Below, in pieces: positions 22,842 to 33,181 of a DNA stretch of 64,000 nucleotides. The DNA comes from an uncultured Armatimonadia bacterium (GTDB taxonomy: Bacteria > Armatimonadota > Zipacnadia > CAVVLO01). The stretch's first letter is position 1. Every line of letters begins with the position of its first letter. Both the position numbers and the translations under genes were made by a program. The stretch is taken from the NCBI GenBank assembly GCA_963749155.1, contig CAVVLO010000001.1, positions 672,001 through 736,000 of the forward strand, in the 5' to 3' direction. The notes beneath the pieces were generated by a model. It searched no databases and was not told the DNA's origin. It worked only from the letters and a program-made list of their open reading frames with translations.

Positions 22842-22870
22842 TTGACACTGCAGACCACCGGTTGTATACT
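22842..22870 (+). promoter_or_regulatory. Sigma70-type promoter
   Basis: TTGACA-17 bp-TATACT upstream of the AAGGAGGT RBS of the 3D-domain gene. Confidence 0.75.
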
Positions 22871-22917
22871 CCGGACCAGCGCCACACGACCGACACCAAG
22901 GAGGTGGGCGGCGCCTA

Positions 22918-23745
22918 ATGAATTTACGAACAACCTTGATAACAGGCTTACTCGTCCTCATGGCGGGTACTCTATATATGGCGTTCGCTTCAGATAGTCC
23001 CACAGTTACACCTCAGGTATCACCTCCCTTTACCTTCACTCTGCTGGCCGATGGCTGCGAAGTTTGCGTGCCTGCCGTTGGCGCCACGCTGGCTGATGCT
23101 CTTGATGCCGCGGGGATTGCTGTTGGGAAGCTGGACCGGATTAGCCTGCCAGAGACCACAAATCTCAAGCCAGGCCTGAAGGTAGAGATTACCCGGGTAA
23201 GCTGTACCGAGGTAAAACAGTACCAGGTACTGCCTTTCGAGACCCTTTATAAGGACTCGCGTGACCTGCGCCCAGGCGAGGTAAAAGTTGAGCAGCAAGG
23301 CAAGCCTGGGCTCCTCGAGACCGTCCGCGAGGTCTGGACCAAGAACGGCCAGGTTACCCTTAGCAAGGTCACTGGTGGGAAGGTCCTTACCCAGCCAGAA
23401 AGTCGTATCGTGCTGCGCGGCGCTCGGACCGACCTTTCCTCGCGTGGCTTCGACCGGAGCAGGCGCGTTGTCAGGATGACGGCCACCGCTTATTCGGCTT
23501 CACCAAGTCAGAATGGCGGCTGGAGTCGCACCGCAACAGGCCTCAAGCCTCGCAAGGGCATTGTAGCCGTCGATCCGCGAGTCATCCCCCTTGGCACACA
23601 GCTTTATATCGAAGGGTATGGCTATGCCCTGGCCGCTGATACGGGCGGCGCCATCAAGGGCAACCGCATCGATTTGTGCTTCCAGACCAATGCCGAGTGC
23701 ATCCGGTTCGGCCGGCGCACTGTCACAGTGCACATACTCGACTAG
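22918..23745 (+). CDS. DUF348-G5-3D domain cell wall protein (YabE-like)
   Basis: G5 region (VLPFETLYKDS...QQGKPG), 3D domain (ATAYS, VAVDPRVIPLGT, ADTGGAIKGNRIDL); yabE-rsmA-ispE synteny. Confidence 0.9.
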   Translation: MNLRTTLITGLLVLMAGTLYMAFASDSPTVTPQVSPPFTFTLLADGCEVCVPAVGATLADALDAAGIAVGKLDRISLPETTNLKPGLKVEITRVSCTEVKQYQVLPFETLYKDSRDLRPGEVKVEQQGKPGLLETVREVWTKNGQVTLSKVTGGKVLTQPESRIVLRGARTDLSSRGFDRSRRVVRMTATAYSASPSQNGGWSRTATGLKPRKGIVAVDPRVIPLGTQLYIEGYGYALAADTGGAIKGNRIDLCFQTNAECIRFGRRTVTVHILD

Positions 23746-23770
23746 GCAGCCTTGAAATCCAGCCCAATCA

Positions 23771-23800
23771 GCCCGGCGCTCAGGCGTCGGGCTTTTCTTT
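23771..23800 (+). terminator. Rho-independent terminator
   Basis: GCCCGGCGC-TCAG-GCGTCGGGC then TTTTCTTT. Confidence 0.65.
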
Positions 23801-23823
23801 GGGAGAGGCGTTATAATTGGCCC

Positions 23824-24717
23824 GTGAAAAGTAATGATCTCAAAACTGTGCAGGCCGAACTGGCTGAATACCTGCGCCAGGTGAAACTCGAGTTGCCCGA
23901 GCGCCGGCTGGCCTTGTCAAAACAACTTGGGCAGCATCTCCTGGTCGAACCGGGCCTGCTTGAGCGTATCGCATCGGCGGCGGCGGCCTTTGAGACTGGC
24001 CTGGTGGTAGAGGTGGGCACAGGCCCAGGCAACCTTACCCTGGCACTTGCCCGGGCTTTCGACCGAGTCGTCGGGGTTGAAGTTGATAAAGGCCTGTTCG
24101 AGCTTGCTTCCGAGTTACTTGCTAGCGAGCCTGGCATTAAGCTTGTTCACGCCGATATCCTCAAACTCTCGCTGCCCGAACTCGTCGAAGGCACTCGGTA
24201 TACGCTGGTCAGCAATGTGCCTTATTCCATCTCGGGGCCCTTCCTTGCGAAGCTGGTACTCGAAGCCGAAGGCCTCGAAGGCGCTGTGTTGATGCTGCAA
24301 AGCGAAGTGGCAAGCCGGATGGCCGCCAGGCCAGGGGCTGCAGCTTATGGCTCACTCAGCGTGCTACTTGGTTGCTATTACCGGGTCGAGCCTCTCTTCA
24401 AAGTGAGCGCATCGGCTTTTATGCCCAAACCTCAGGTCAGTTCGCAGGTCCTGCGCGCAACGCCTTTGGCTGCCCCTCTGCTGCCCTGGGCAGAAGCCCC
24501 GGCACTTGAAGCCTTGCTGCGGGCGTCTTTTGGCTCGCGTCGCAAGCAACTGGCCAATTCGCTCAAGCATCACCTCCAGGCAACTTCACCTGAAGCACTG
24601 GCGAACGCTCTCAGGGCGGCAGGCGTCAGCGGAGAAGCCAGAGCCGAGCAACTTTCGCCGCAGCAGTTCGCAAGTCTGGTTGCCGGCTGCCAGGAGTCGG
24701 GGGTGAGGCTGCTATGA
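23824..24717 (+). CDS. rsmA: 16S rRNA m6,2A dimethyltransferase
   Basis: LGQHLL, VEVGTGPGNLT, SNVPYSIS, MLQSEVA, YGSLSV, RRKQLAN, RAEQL. Confidence 0.93.
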   Translation: MKSNDLKTVQAELAEYLRQVKLELPERRLALSKQLGQHLLVEPGLLERIASAAAAFETGLVVEVGTGPGNLTLALARAFDRVVGVEVDKGLFELASELLASEPGIKLVHADILKLSLPELVEGTRYTLVSNVPYSISGPFLAKLVLEAEGLEGAVLMLQSEVASRMAARPGAAAYGSLSVLLGCYYRVEPLFKVSASAFMPKPQVSSQVLRATPLAAPLLPWAEAPALEALLRASFGSRRKQLANSLKHHLQATSPEALANALRAAGVSGEARAEQLSPQQFASLVAGCQESGVRLL

Positions 24718-25622
24718 CCAGTTACAGACTGGCTGCGCCCGCCAAAATCAACTTGCTACTAAGAGTGACAGGAAGGCGCGAGGATGGCTTTCACGAGTTA
24801 GTCTCCATTTTTCAGGGGCTGGACTTCGCAGACCAGCTAAGCCTGCGATGCAGCGCGGAACCTGGCACTCGACTCACTATCGAGAACGCCCCTGACCTGG
24901 ACGCAGGCCCCGGCAACCTGGTTACGCGCGCGCTGATGGCTTATGCCGAAGCTGCCCAGCTTGAGGGGGGCCTGGAGTGCGCGCTTGAGAAACATATCCC
25001 GCTTGCCGGAGGGCTAGGGGGAGGCAGCAGCGATGCCGCCGCCGCGCTGAGGCTGGCCGAAGCTGCTCAAGAAGGGTCCCTCGGTGTTGAGAAGCTGCAT
25101 GAGGTCGCCGCTTCACTAGGCTCGGATGTGCCCTTCTTCTTGCACCTTCCGACGGCGCTGGCTCGGGGAAGGGGCGAGTGCTTAAAACGCCTTGCCCCCC
25201 CTTCCAGACCTCTTTGGGTCGTCCTGGCCGTACCGCCCTTTGGGTGTTCGACACCCGAGGTCTATCGCAGGCTGGCAGGCAGGTTCACCCAGGCAGCGCA
25301 AGCGGAAGCAGAGGCTCGCCAGCTGGCTGAGGCGCTAGCCCGGGGCGCTTCGGCTGCAGAGCTTGCTCCACTGCTGGCTAATGATCTCCAGGCGCCGGCG
25401 CTCGAAGTGGCCCCTGGGCTGGGCGACTTGATTGGATTACTCGAGGAGTGCGGGGCCCCGCGCGCGCTGGTCTCAGGCAGTGGCAGCACAGTCTTTGCAC
25501 TGGTTGACAGTTCGACCAGGGCCTCGTGGCGAGTTACTCAGGCCCTCTCCAGGACATCCCAAACCAGCTTTACAGTCACCAAGATCCTGGCCTCGGCGCC
25601 GGAGGTAATCGTATGCGAATAA
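24714..25622 (+). CDS. ispE: 4-diphosphocytidyl-2-C-methyl-D-erythritol kinase
   Basis: APAKINL, GFHEL, KHIPLAGGLGGGSSDAAA, LGSDVPFF, SGSGSTVF. Confidence 0.96.
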   Translation: MTSYRLAAPAKINLLLRVTGRREDGFHELVSIFQGLDFADQLSLRCSAEPGTRLTIENAPDLDAGPGNLVTRALMAYAEAAQLEGGLECALEKHIPLAGGLGGGSSDAAAALRLAEAAQEGSLGVEKLHEVAASLGSDVPFFLHLPTALARGRGECLKRLAPPSRPLWVVLAVPPFGCSTPEVYRRLAGRFTQAAQAEAEARQLAEALARGASAAELAPLLANDLQAPALEVAPGLGDLIGLLEECGAPRALVSGSGSTVFALVDSSTRASWRVTQALSRTSQTSFTVTKILASAPEVIVCE

Positions 25623-26377
25623 GCGCTGCTCTGCTGGCTGGAGGCAAGCCCGGAGACAAGCTGGCGGTAGCTGCCGGCGTGCCCGTCAAAGTGATGGCTC
25701 CGATTGCGGGCAAGCCTATGGTGAGTTATGTACTGAAGGCCTTGCGAGGTGCTCCCTCTGTAAGCGAACTTGCCTTGATAGCTGATGAGCCGGCCTATTC
25801 GGCAAGCGGGGCGGCGGCCTCCGAGCGACGCATACCTACCCAGGGAAGCTTCTCCGGCAACGTGCTGGCCGCTCTGGACGCCTTTCCCGAGGCGGAGCGC
25901 GTGCTGATGGTGTCGGGAGATATCCCCTTTGCGACCTCGGAGCAGATTGAGGACTTCATCGGGGCCGCGGTCGCCCTGGACTGCGACTTCGCTTATCCCA
26001 TTGTAGACAAGAAGGACGCTCTCAAACTTGATGAGCATGGCAAACATACCTTCGTCCACACGAAAGAGGGCACTTTCACCGGGGGCAACCTGATGCTGGT
26101 CAGGGGCACCTGGATCCGGTCTCACCGCGAGCTGGTGGAGTCGGTACTGGAGGCGCGCAAGAATCCTGTAAAGCTGGGCGCCCTCATCGGGCCGACTATC
26201 GTGATGCAGGCGCTCTTCGGAAGGCTTAGTGTCGCTGGCGTCGAGAAGCTGGCCCAGAATAAACTGGACTGTCATGCCAGAGCCATCATAACTCCCCATG
26301 CGGCGCTTGGGATTGATATAGACACGCCCGAGGCGCTGGTCTGGGCCGAGTCTGTTTTGGCCAAGCGCTCGGGTTAA
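25613..26377 (+). CDS. MobA-like NTP transferase family protein
   Basis: AALLAGG, K...IAGKPMV, GDIP, TGGNL, DIDTP. Confidence 0.8.
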   Translation: MRISAALLAGGKPGDKLAVAAGVPVKVMAPIAGKPMVSYVLKALRGAPSVSELALIADEPAYSASGAAASERRIPTQGSFSGNVLAALDAFPEAERVLMVSGDIPFATSEQIEDFIGAAVALDCDFAYPIVDKKDALKLDEHGKHTFVHTKEGTFTGGNLMLVRGTWIRSHRELVESVLEARKNPVKLGALIGPTIVMQALFGRLSVAGVEKLAQNKLDCHARAIITPHAALGIDIDTPEALVWAESVLAKRSG

Positions 26378-26506
26378 AGCCTTTCTCCGGGCCTTTACCT
26401 GACCGCCCGGCTGTGTTATTATCGCGCGGCCCCAAGGCTTTGGCCAGTTGACCAGCCAAGGCTGATTTTGTTACACTCGGGGTTCTGTTGAAAGGAGTTT
26501 GAGTGG

Positions 26507-26719
26507 ATGCCTACTTCTCTAAGTAAAGTGGATTACAGCGCGCTACGTGCTTACGATAGCAAGCCGCTGGAAGAGCTCGATGTCGAAGTAATGGGAACTA
26601 TCACCCGCGAGTTCAACGAGCGGAAGCTAGCCTATATCGACAAGCGCCAGGGCAAGGGAAAGAAAAAGAAGAAGCGCGGCCGGCGCGGCAGCAACAACAG
26701 CAGCGACAAGAAGGATTAG
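26507..26719 (+). CDS. Small basic hypothetical protein
   Basis: AAAGGAG RBS; 70 aa with Lys/Arg-rich tail; directly upstream of the tRNA. Confidence 0.6.
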   Translation: MPTSLSKVDYSALRAYDSKPLEELDVEVMGTITREFNERKLAYIDKRQGKGKKKKKRGRRGSNNSSDKKD

Positions 26720-26733
26720 TAAGAGGGTATCTC

Positions 26734-26810
26734 GGCGGCGTAGCTCAGATGGTCAGAGCGCGCGGTTCATACCCGCGTGGTCACTGGTTCAACTCCAGTC
26801 GCCGCTACCA
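26734..26810 (+). tRNA. tRNA-Met (CAT), elongator type
   Basis: GGCGGCG/CGCCGCT acceptor stem, TAGCTCAG D-arm, CGCGG-TTCATAC-CCGCG anticodon arm, GGTTCAACTCC T-arm, encoded CCA. Confidence 0.95.
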
Positions 26811-26819
26811 ACATATTGA

Positions 26820-26851
26820 GGGGCGCCAGGCTTGGCCGGGCGCCCCGTTTT
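26820..26851. terminator. GC hairpin terminator after the tRNA
   Basis: GGGGCGCC...GGCGCCCC followed by GTTTT; lies between convergent units. Confidence 0.6.
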
Positions 26852-26877
26852 CACGTGTGCAGGGTGTCTGCTGGAGC

Positions 26878-28715
26878 CTACAGTTCCCCGGTATCCACAA
26901 TCTCGGCTGGCGGCACAGTCACGGTGAAAGTGCCTTCCGACGTTGTGATCCGTGCCTCCGATGGGGTCTCTTCCGCATTGAAGAGCAGCCAGCGCCCCGG
27001 CTCCACCTCACTGGCGAACACCTGCCCGCTGTATTGCTGCTCGACGACCGGCAACCCTGACTCGTCGAGTGTCGCGTAGAGCCTCGGAGCAAGCTCTCCC
27101 AGTGAGGCGCACCGTTCCACACTGCCCTTGCCAAGATCGCGTCCACCAGGGGTCTCGCCGAAAAGCAACTGCTCCGGCAGCGCGTCACCTTCGACCGTCT
27201 CCAGCTTCGGCACGTTCACCACGAACAGCCTGCCGCCGGCCTTCACCCAGTCGGCGATGCGATGCGCGTCAGCTGGCTCCAGCACCTGGCCGTGCACCAT
27301 CACCAGAATCGGGTACTTAACCAGCGCGCCCGCCTTCAGCAGGCTCTCGTCCACGTAATCCAGGTCCGTCAGCTTGCGCAGCAGATAGGCGTCACCCCAG
27401 TGCGCGAGGTAGCTGTTCTCCAGCGTCAGAGTGACATTCGGATACCAGAGCGCCACATGGATCTGCGGCTCGGGCACGTGGAAGAGATACTGCAGATGGG
27501 CCTCGATAACGGCCCTCTGGGTAGGCTTCTTCACCGTGTTGTAATGCTTGTCCGCAAGCTGCACGGCGCCCGAGGTGGTCGCATTGAAGATGCGCGCGAC
27601 GGCGCCCAGTTCGTTCTCAAGCGCCGCCGGCTCGAAGCCGAAATACGCGCCATAATAGCGCCCCGCCGAGGCCACCCACCGGGTGTGCATAAAGTTGCCG
27701 GCGAAGTCCGACCCCTCGTTAGTGATGCGCACTCCCGCCCCGTGCGCTGCCGCGACCCGGCACTGGTCGGCGAACTGCGAGCCATGGTCGGATGGGCATC
27801 TCCGCCCGTGCACAGGTAGATCTGCGTGTTCGGGAAGTGCTTGCGCGCGTCCGCGAGCCACCAGTCCGACAGGTCTGTCATCGCCTCGCGGTACCACGTG
27901 ACGAAGTCCAGCCATCGGCGGCGCTCCTGAGGAGTCGCCTTCAGCACACCTACGTTTACCTGGGGCAGGTCCTCACCGCGCGCGGGATAGTCCACGGTCT
28001 CGAAGCTCTCATACTGCGTCCCCCAGGCCTGGTTCAGCAGCGAGAGAGCGCCATACTTGCGCCTCGCCCAGTCGCGGAAGTCCGCGAGCGCGTATTCATC
28101 TCCGCACCAGAAGCCCGCGTGGTTGTGATACTCGCCGGGGACGTTCTTCGTCCACGTCCCAGCAACTGAATAGATGGCCTCTCCGAAGTCGCCCTGGATG
28201 CCCAGGTTGACCGATTCCAGTATGCCAGTCGCCGCATAGCGCTCGGCGAAGGTGGCAAGGAACCTGTCCACTCGCGCCTTCAGGAAGGGGTTCCACAGCG
28301 ACTCTATCTTGCTGGTGATGCCGTGTTCGAGGCACACACAGCCGACATGCTCCTCGCCCTCGCGGAACCAGTCCGGCGTCGAGTAGGCGGGCCCCAGGAT
28401 GAGGAAGGGGATCCACTTCAGCCCGTGGCGCTGGAGCGTGGCGGCGGTCTGGTCCCACTTCGACCAGTCCCACTGGCCATCGCCCGCGCGCTCGCAGGTC
28501 TCCCAGGTCACATAGGTCTGGATGCTCGTGCCGCCCATCGCTTTCCAGTCGGCAGCGATCTGGTCGAGGTCGGGCAGCACGCCCTCGAGGATATCGTCAA
28601 TCGTGTAGCTCATACCGCGCGCGCCGGGTCCCCCGGCGAGTTCCTGGCTCATAGCGCCCTCCAGGCAAAACAGGATCAGGGCCAGCAGGCCCACCATCAC
28701 AAGCGTACCGCGCAT
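26878..28715 (-). CDS. Secreted GH42/GH14-like glycoside hydrolase (indel near 27790)
   Basis: Signal peptide; YVTWETCE...WDWSKWD, YSTPDWF, LGIQGDFGEA, LNQAWGT; C-terminal trimerisation-like domain (WVKAGGRL). Confidence 0.65.
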
Positions 28716-28840
28716 CAGGCTTCCCTCCAAGGCTCACTTAGAGGCAGGTTCGCGATGGGGAAGGCGCCTCCTGCGCAACTCGCCTAACGGGTATACAATC
28801 TAGTCAGCTGCTGCAATATGTAACTGGGGGAGTAGAGCCC

Positions 28841-29842
28841 ATGAAGTTCATACTATCTTCCGTAGGTTCCGCAACGCACCCTCGCACAATACTCGCTACC
28901 GGATGGCCAGACCGAGTGCTGTTGTTGGGTACCGTCCTCCTGCTCCTGGCCAGCCTTGTCACGGCCGATGACGACCTTGTCATGCTGAGAACACAGCTTC
29001 AGCAACTCCAGACTCGGATCGAGGCACTGGAGCAGGCCAACCAGGCGCTCCACCAGCAACTCACTGTCGACAGGCTATTGGTGAAGCAGGAACTCATCAT
29101 CTCCGACACCGGCCAGCCGTGGGAGCAAGGCTTCGAGACCCAGGAGATCCCTCGCGGCTTCTACGCTCGTTCACAGTGGGACGGCGGCTCAGCGGGTCTC
29201 TGGGTGCGTAGCAGACTCATTAAGGGGGAGCTCGATGATCCTTTCGATGACCGGTTCCACGCACTCAATCGTGACGGCACCCTCACGGGCGTGCCGGGAC
29301 ATATCTCGTGGAACGTTTGGTTAGATGGCACATGGCGGCAGATGGTTCTCATCGAGGGCGGTGGGGTCGACTACTCCGAATTGCCCCTCGCCCAGTGGTC
29401 GGGTGCAAGCCATCCCGGTCGCCTTCGATTCCTCTCGTTCCGCCCTGATCACGACGAGCCATTGACTGACGCCCTTATCGGCCAAGGGATGATGTCACTT
29501 GGTGGCGGGGGTTATGGCGGGGAAGGGCTACCATATCCGAAGCAGGTCCTCCAGCTCTGGGGCGGCTCGTTGACCCAGTTTCCAGTGGCAACGCCCAGTA
29601 AGCCAAGTACGTTGAGCGACGACGGTTCTGGGCCACACACTTATTCCATCATCGCTGTAGGCCCTCAGGGAGAGCGGTCAGCCCCTTCGCCCGCAACGCA
29701 GGCAGACGGGCTGGCAACGCTACGATGGGGCGATGCAGCAGGTGCCGATTGCTATGTTGTGCTACGCGACGGAGAAGAAGTCTCGGGCTTCCTGTACTTG
29801 GAGGGCAAGACGAAAGAGTGGACCGACCAAGGCTCACACTAG
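28841..29842 (+). CDS. Hypothetical exported protein (coiled coil, C-terminal FN3-like segment)
   Basis: Hydrophobic leader, LQQLQTRIEALEQAN coiled coil, YSIIAVGPQGERSAPS; GGGGAG upstream. Confidence 0.6.
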   Translation: MKFILSSVGSATHPRTILATGWPDRVLLLGTVLLLLASLVTADDDLVMLRTQLQQLQTRIEALEQANQALHQQLTVDRLLVKQELIISDTGQPWEQGFETQEIPRGFYARSQWDGGSAGLWVRSRLIKGELDDPFDDRFHALNRDGTLTGVPGHISWNVWLDGTWRQMVLIEGGGVDYSELPLAQWSGASHPGRLRFLSFRPDHDEPLTDALIGQGMMSLGGGGYGGEGLPYPKQVLQLWGGSLTQFPVATPSKPSTLSDDGSGPHTYSIIAVGPQGERSAPSPATQADGLATLRWGDAAGADCYVVLRDGEEVSGFLYLEGKTKEWTDQGSH

Positions 29843-30025
29843 GGCTGCTAGCAGGGGTCCTTCGACATGGCTCAGGACAGGTGTGGGGTATGACCCCCAC
29901 GCCTTCCGCCCTTCGCTGTGAATTCCCGATCCTTTTAGTCTGATTTAGCCTTTATCTTTCTGGGTAGAAACCCAGTGGCGGGCAGTTGCGTATATAATAG
30001 ATATAGTGGAAAACGGAGGTGCGAG

Positions 30026-30160
30026 ATGGCAGCTCCTGCTTCGAGCAACCAGATGCCACTTGCGCGTTGGGGCTTGCTGCTGGGCCTCTCTCCTTGGCCT
30101 GGGGCTGCCCGAGGCCCTGCCTCTGCTGCGGAAACGTCTCGAAGGAGGCCACCGAGATGA
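30026..30160 (+). pseudogene. Possible remnant of the 5' end of a thioredoxin-like gene
   Basis: GGAGGTGCGAGATG...MPLARWGLLLGL resembles GGAGGTCGCGCGATG...LPLWRFSLLLAL at 33182, and both precede a pilin pair. Confidence 0.35.
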
Positions 30161-30903
30161 CCCTCAAACGCAGGCTTAACGCTTTCACCCTGGTAGAACT
30201 GCTGATCGTAATCGCCATCCTGGCGGTGTTGGCGGGCATACTTTTCACCGTCTTCGCCCCTGCGAAGGAGAAAGCCCGCCAGACGCAGTGCATCAGTAAT
30301 TTGAAGCAAGTGGGGATGGCAGTCCTGCTCTACAGACAAGACTACGATGGGCAGTGGCCTGCAAGCCTGCGGCACGTGTATGCTGGCTATGTCTCTTCTC
30401 ATAAGATGCTCGTGTGTCCTGACGACGGAACAAGCGAGGCGCAGCGCGCGGAACAAGAGGCAGCGACCCACGCGCCATACTGCAGCTATGACGCCAGCGA
30501 TGGGCTCCCGCGCATCTCGGGGGTCAGAGTAGCCAAGCTGCTGGCCCAGCAGGATGTATCCTGTGACGAGCTGGCCACGGCCATCCTCTACCACCGTCTA
30601 GCAGAACCGGTTGCCTTTGACTGCCTGTATCCGGCATGTGGCGCCCGGCGCACCCGACATCGTTGCGGCTCTGACAGACGACTTCCTGCGCGGTGATGAT
30701 CGGTCGGTACTATTGGTGCTGGAACAGGACGGCCGAGGGACTGCATGCGCATCATTCCAATCTCGGGCCAGAGCAGATGGTGTCTATAGCGTCAGCGTAC
30801 GCTGCCTGGAGTGACTGCACCTGAGGAGTGGCTAGCGATGCTGGCTGAGGTAAAGGATGCCTTCTAACATGCGCCGAAGCAGGGTTGCGAGGAGGAGGAG
30901 TGA
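30157..30903 (+). CDS. Prepilin-type N-terminal cleavage/methylation (DUF1559-like) protein P1; indels and an in-frame TAA near the end
   Basis: NA|FTLVELLIVIAILAVLAGILF; CPDD; CIRH...LEQDG in the shifted frame; ends KQGCEEEE* at 30903 like its paralogs. Confidence 0.75.
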
Positions 30904-30904
30904 G

Positions 30905-31644
30905 ATGACAAAACGGGGTTTCACCCTGGTAGAACTGCTGATTGTAATCGCCATCCTGGCGGTGCTGGCGGGCATACTTTTCACCGTCTTCGCCCCCGCG
31001 AAGGAGAAAGCTCGCCAGACCCATTGTATGAACAACCTCAAGCAGCTCGGGGCCGCCATCCTGCTCTACAAGACGGATTATGATGGGGGCTGGCCACGAG
31101 CGCTGCGGGAGACTTACCCGCAGTATGTATCGAGCGATGAGGTGTTCGTGTGCCCAGATGACGGCGCCACCTCGGATATGCGCGAGTCTTTCAGGGCCGT
31201 TATACGGCCTCTACCTGCTCATACGGCAGGTGCGGCGGTGATTCCTGGCCCTCTCTGTCCGGCGACGGCCTGCGGCGCGCCTTGGCCAGTCCAGTACGCG
31301 ACTGCAGACCATATCGCTGCCGAGATGATAGCTGCGATTACGCCTCGCGCTTCCCGCTGCTGATGTGCTACTACCACTTGCTGCCTGGGAGCGACCCCGA
31401 CAAGCACGAGTGGCACCAACTGCTGCATGATAACGATGTCCACTCCGTCATCCCCACGCTGAACCAGGACGGCAGTGTGCAGTTCATCACCACTCCGGGC
31501 AGGTGGGGCCGGGCCATCGTCCCAGCGCTCCACAACCACCTGGGACTAACTTCGGGGCAGTGGTTCGCCCTGCGAGACAAGTATATCCAGAAGGCCATCG
31601 ACCAGGGCTTGTGCGACAACGATGAGGGCGAGGAGGAGGACTAG
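30905..31644 (+). CDS. Prepilin-type protein P2 (indel(s) near 31200-31290)
   Basis: RG|FTLVELL; VFVCPDD; RFPLLMCYYHLLPGSD...TLNQDGSV; ends GLCDNDEGEEED. Confidence 0.8.
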
Positions 31645-31647
31645 TCT

Positions 31648-32367
31648 ATGCGTAATCCTTTGATGCGACTCTCCGGGCGGGTGAGGCGCTGGCTGATTAG
31701 AGGACTGCTCTCGGTGCTCGTGCTGGCGGCGCTCTCAGGGCTCGGTCTGCTTGGCTGGAAGCTCTTCTACCCCACCACTACAGCCGGCCATCAGGAGGCC
31801 TGCATAAGCAACCTGCACCAGCTCAGTATGGCCATCTTCGCCTATAAGCAGGACTGGGGCAAGTGGCCGTATGGCTTCAGAGCTTTCTATCCTGCTTACC
31901 AGCGCGACTCGTCAGTGCTGCTCTGCCCCGACGACCGCACCAGGCCTGAGCGACGCAAAGAGCTCGAGGCCACTTTTGGCGCCTACTCGAGCTATCTGAC
32001 CTATGGGGGAGACCTGCTTTACATTATCTCCCGGAGTGGGCGAGAGCTGTATTCGGAGTCTGACGCCGAGGGCTGGGCGTACTGGAAGACCTGCGAGCAG
32101 TATCGCAAGCAGATGCCCCTTTTCGTCTGTTATCACCATCTCCTTGGCTATCGCGTGGGGAGCGAGGAGGCGCTGCAAAAAGCTCTGGCGAAGGAGAAGG
32201 TCCATACGGTCTTCCTGAAGGTGAATCAGGACTCTCACGTCTCCCGCGTGAAGGTGCCTGAAGAGTGTCCTTACGCCGATGTCACGACTCCCTGGGGCGC
32301 CGCTGGCATCCCCGCCGACCAGTGGAAACAGACCTACCGGAGCTGGCTGGCGCAGGGGAGGGACTAG
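31648..32367 (+). CDS. Pilin-like protein P3 with non-canonical N-terminus (no FTLxE)
   Basis: Basic leader and TM segment, then CISNLHQLSMAIFAYKQD, LLCPDD, CYHHLLG...VNQDSH homologous to the P1-P7 heads. Confidence 0.75.
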   Translation: MRNPLMRLSGRVRRWLIRGLLSVLVLAALSGLGLLGWKLFYPTTTAGHQEACISNLHQLSMAIFAYKQDWGKWPYGFRAFYPAYQRDSSVLLCPDDRTRPERRKELEATFGAYSSYLTYGGDLLYIISRSGRELYSESDAEGWAYWKTCEQYRKQMPLFVCYHHLLGYRVGSEEALQKALAKEKVHTVFLKVNQDSHVSRVKVPEECPYADVTTPWGAAGIPADQWKQTYRSWLAQGRD

Positions 32368-32439
32368 CAGCCTGCGCGCCTGGGCGGTATAATGAAGCCA
32401 CTGAGAGACTCTCGACAACCAGGAGGCCCCGAGTTTTAG

Positions 32440-33031
32440 ATGACGTCGCAGACCAGGAAGAAGACTTCGGTCCTGTTTTGGGTAGTTATCCTGCTGGGCC
32501 TGGTGGCCCTGGGGTTCTTCCTGAGGCCCCCGGCGGGCGGAGACAAACCCCCTGTCGCTTCTCAAACCGAAGCCCAGTCAGGAGCAGGGGGGCCTGGGGC
32601 GGTGACCGTTACCCTTATCAAGGACCCCGAGCCGGGTGAGGCCGCGCCCGCGCGCCTGGCAGAAGCCCTTGCCAAGGTGGCGCCCGAGGGCAAACCAGTA
32701 GTGCTCGTGATTATCGGAGACTGCACCGATTGCGCCCTCAAGTATCTAAGAGAGTGGAACAAGTTTGCCGCCGAACCCGGCGCGCCTGTCCATACTGGTG
32801 CTGACCCCAAGCCTTGAAGAGCAGCTTGCGGCGTTCAGGGCCAAGTATCCAGAGATTAAGTTGCCCTTGCTGAGAGAGCCGTATGACGAGTTGGACCTGG
32901 AATTGAATGTCCTCTTCCGACCGCGCGTCTATCTCTACGGGTCGGGGCTGCTCCTCGATTATGTGCAGGCCGATGGGATCGAACCTTTGAAGGCGCTGGA
33001 GCAAGTCCGGGCGCGCCTTACCGGCAGCTAA
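32440..33031 (+). CDS. Membrane-anchored thioredoxin-fold protein T1 (CTDC), indel near 32790
   Basis: N-terminal TM; GKPVVLVIIGDCTDC; LNVLFRPRVYLYG at the cis-Pro loop position. Joins ORFs 32440-32817 and 32765-33031. Confidence 0.65.
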
Positions 33032-33181
33032 GGAGCAGGCGGCAGTTGTTTAGCGCGCGGTGGCTTAATATACTGTTGCTCATTATTTATAATATTTAAC
33101 CTTGCAAAGCTAGTGACAAAGCTGGGCGGGGGGATAGACTGTTAAGTGAAGCAAAGTTCTGGCAGTGTTGGAGGTCGCGCG

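Noticed and set aside
26734..26810. tRNA-Met as the integration site of a genomic island
   Set aside because: Accessory genes do start after it, but I found no integrase and no duplicated tRNA 3' end; the 10-nt match at 46361 lies inside the GH43 gene and is expected by chance.
30019..30156. Cys-rich N-terminal extension of P1 in the ORF track
   Set aside because: A GGAGG RBS precedes ATG 30157, which gives a normal short prepilin leader; the extension has no counterpart in the paralogs.
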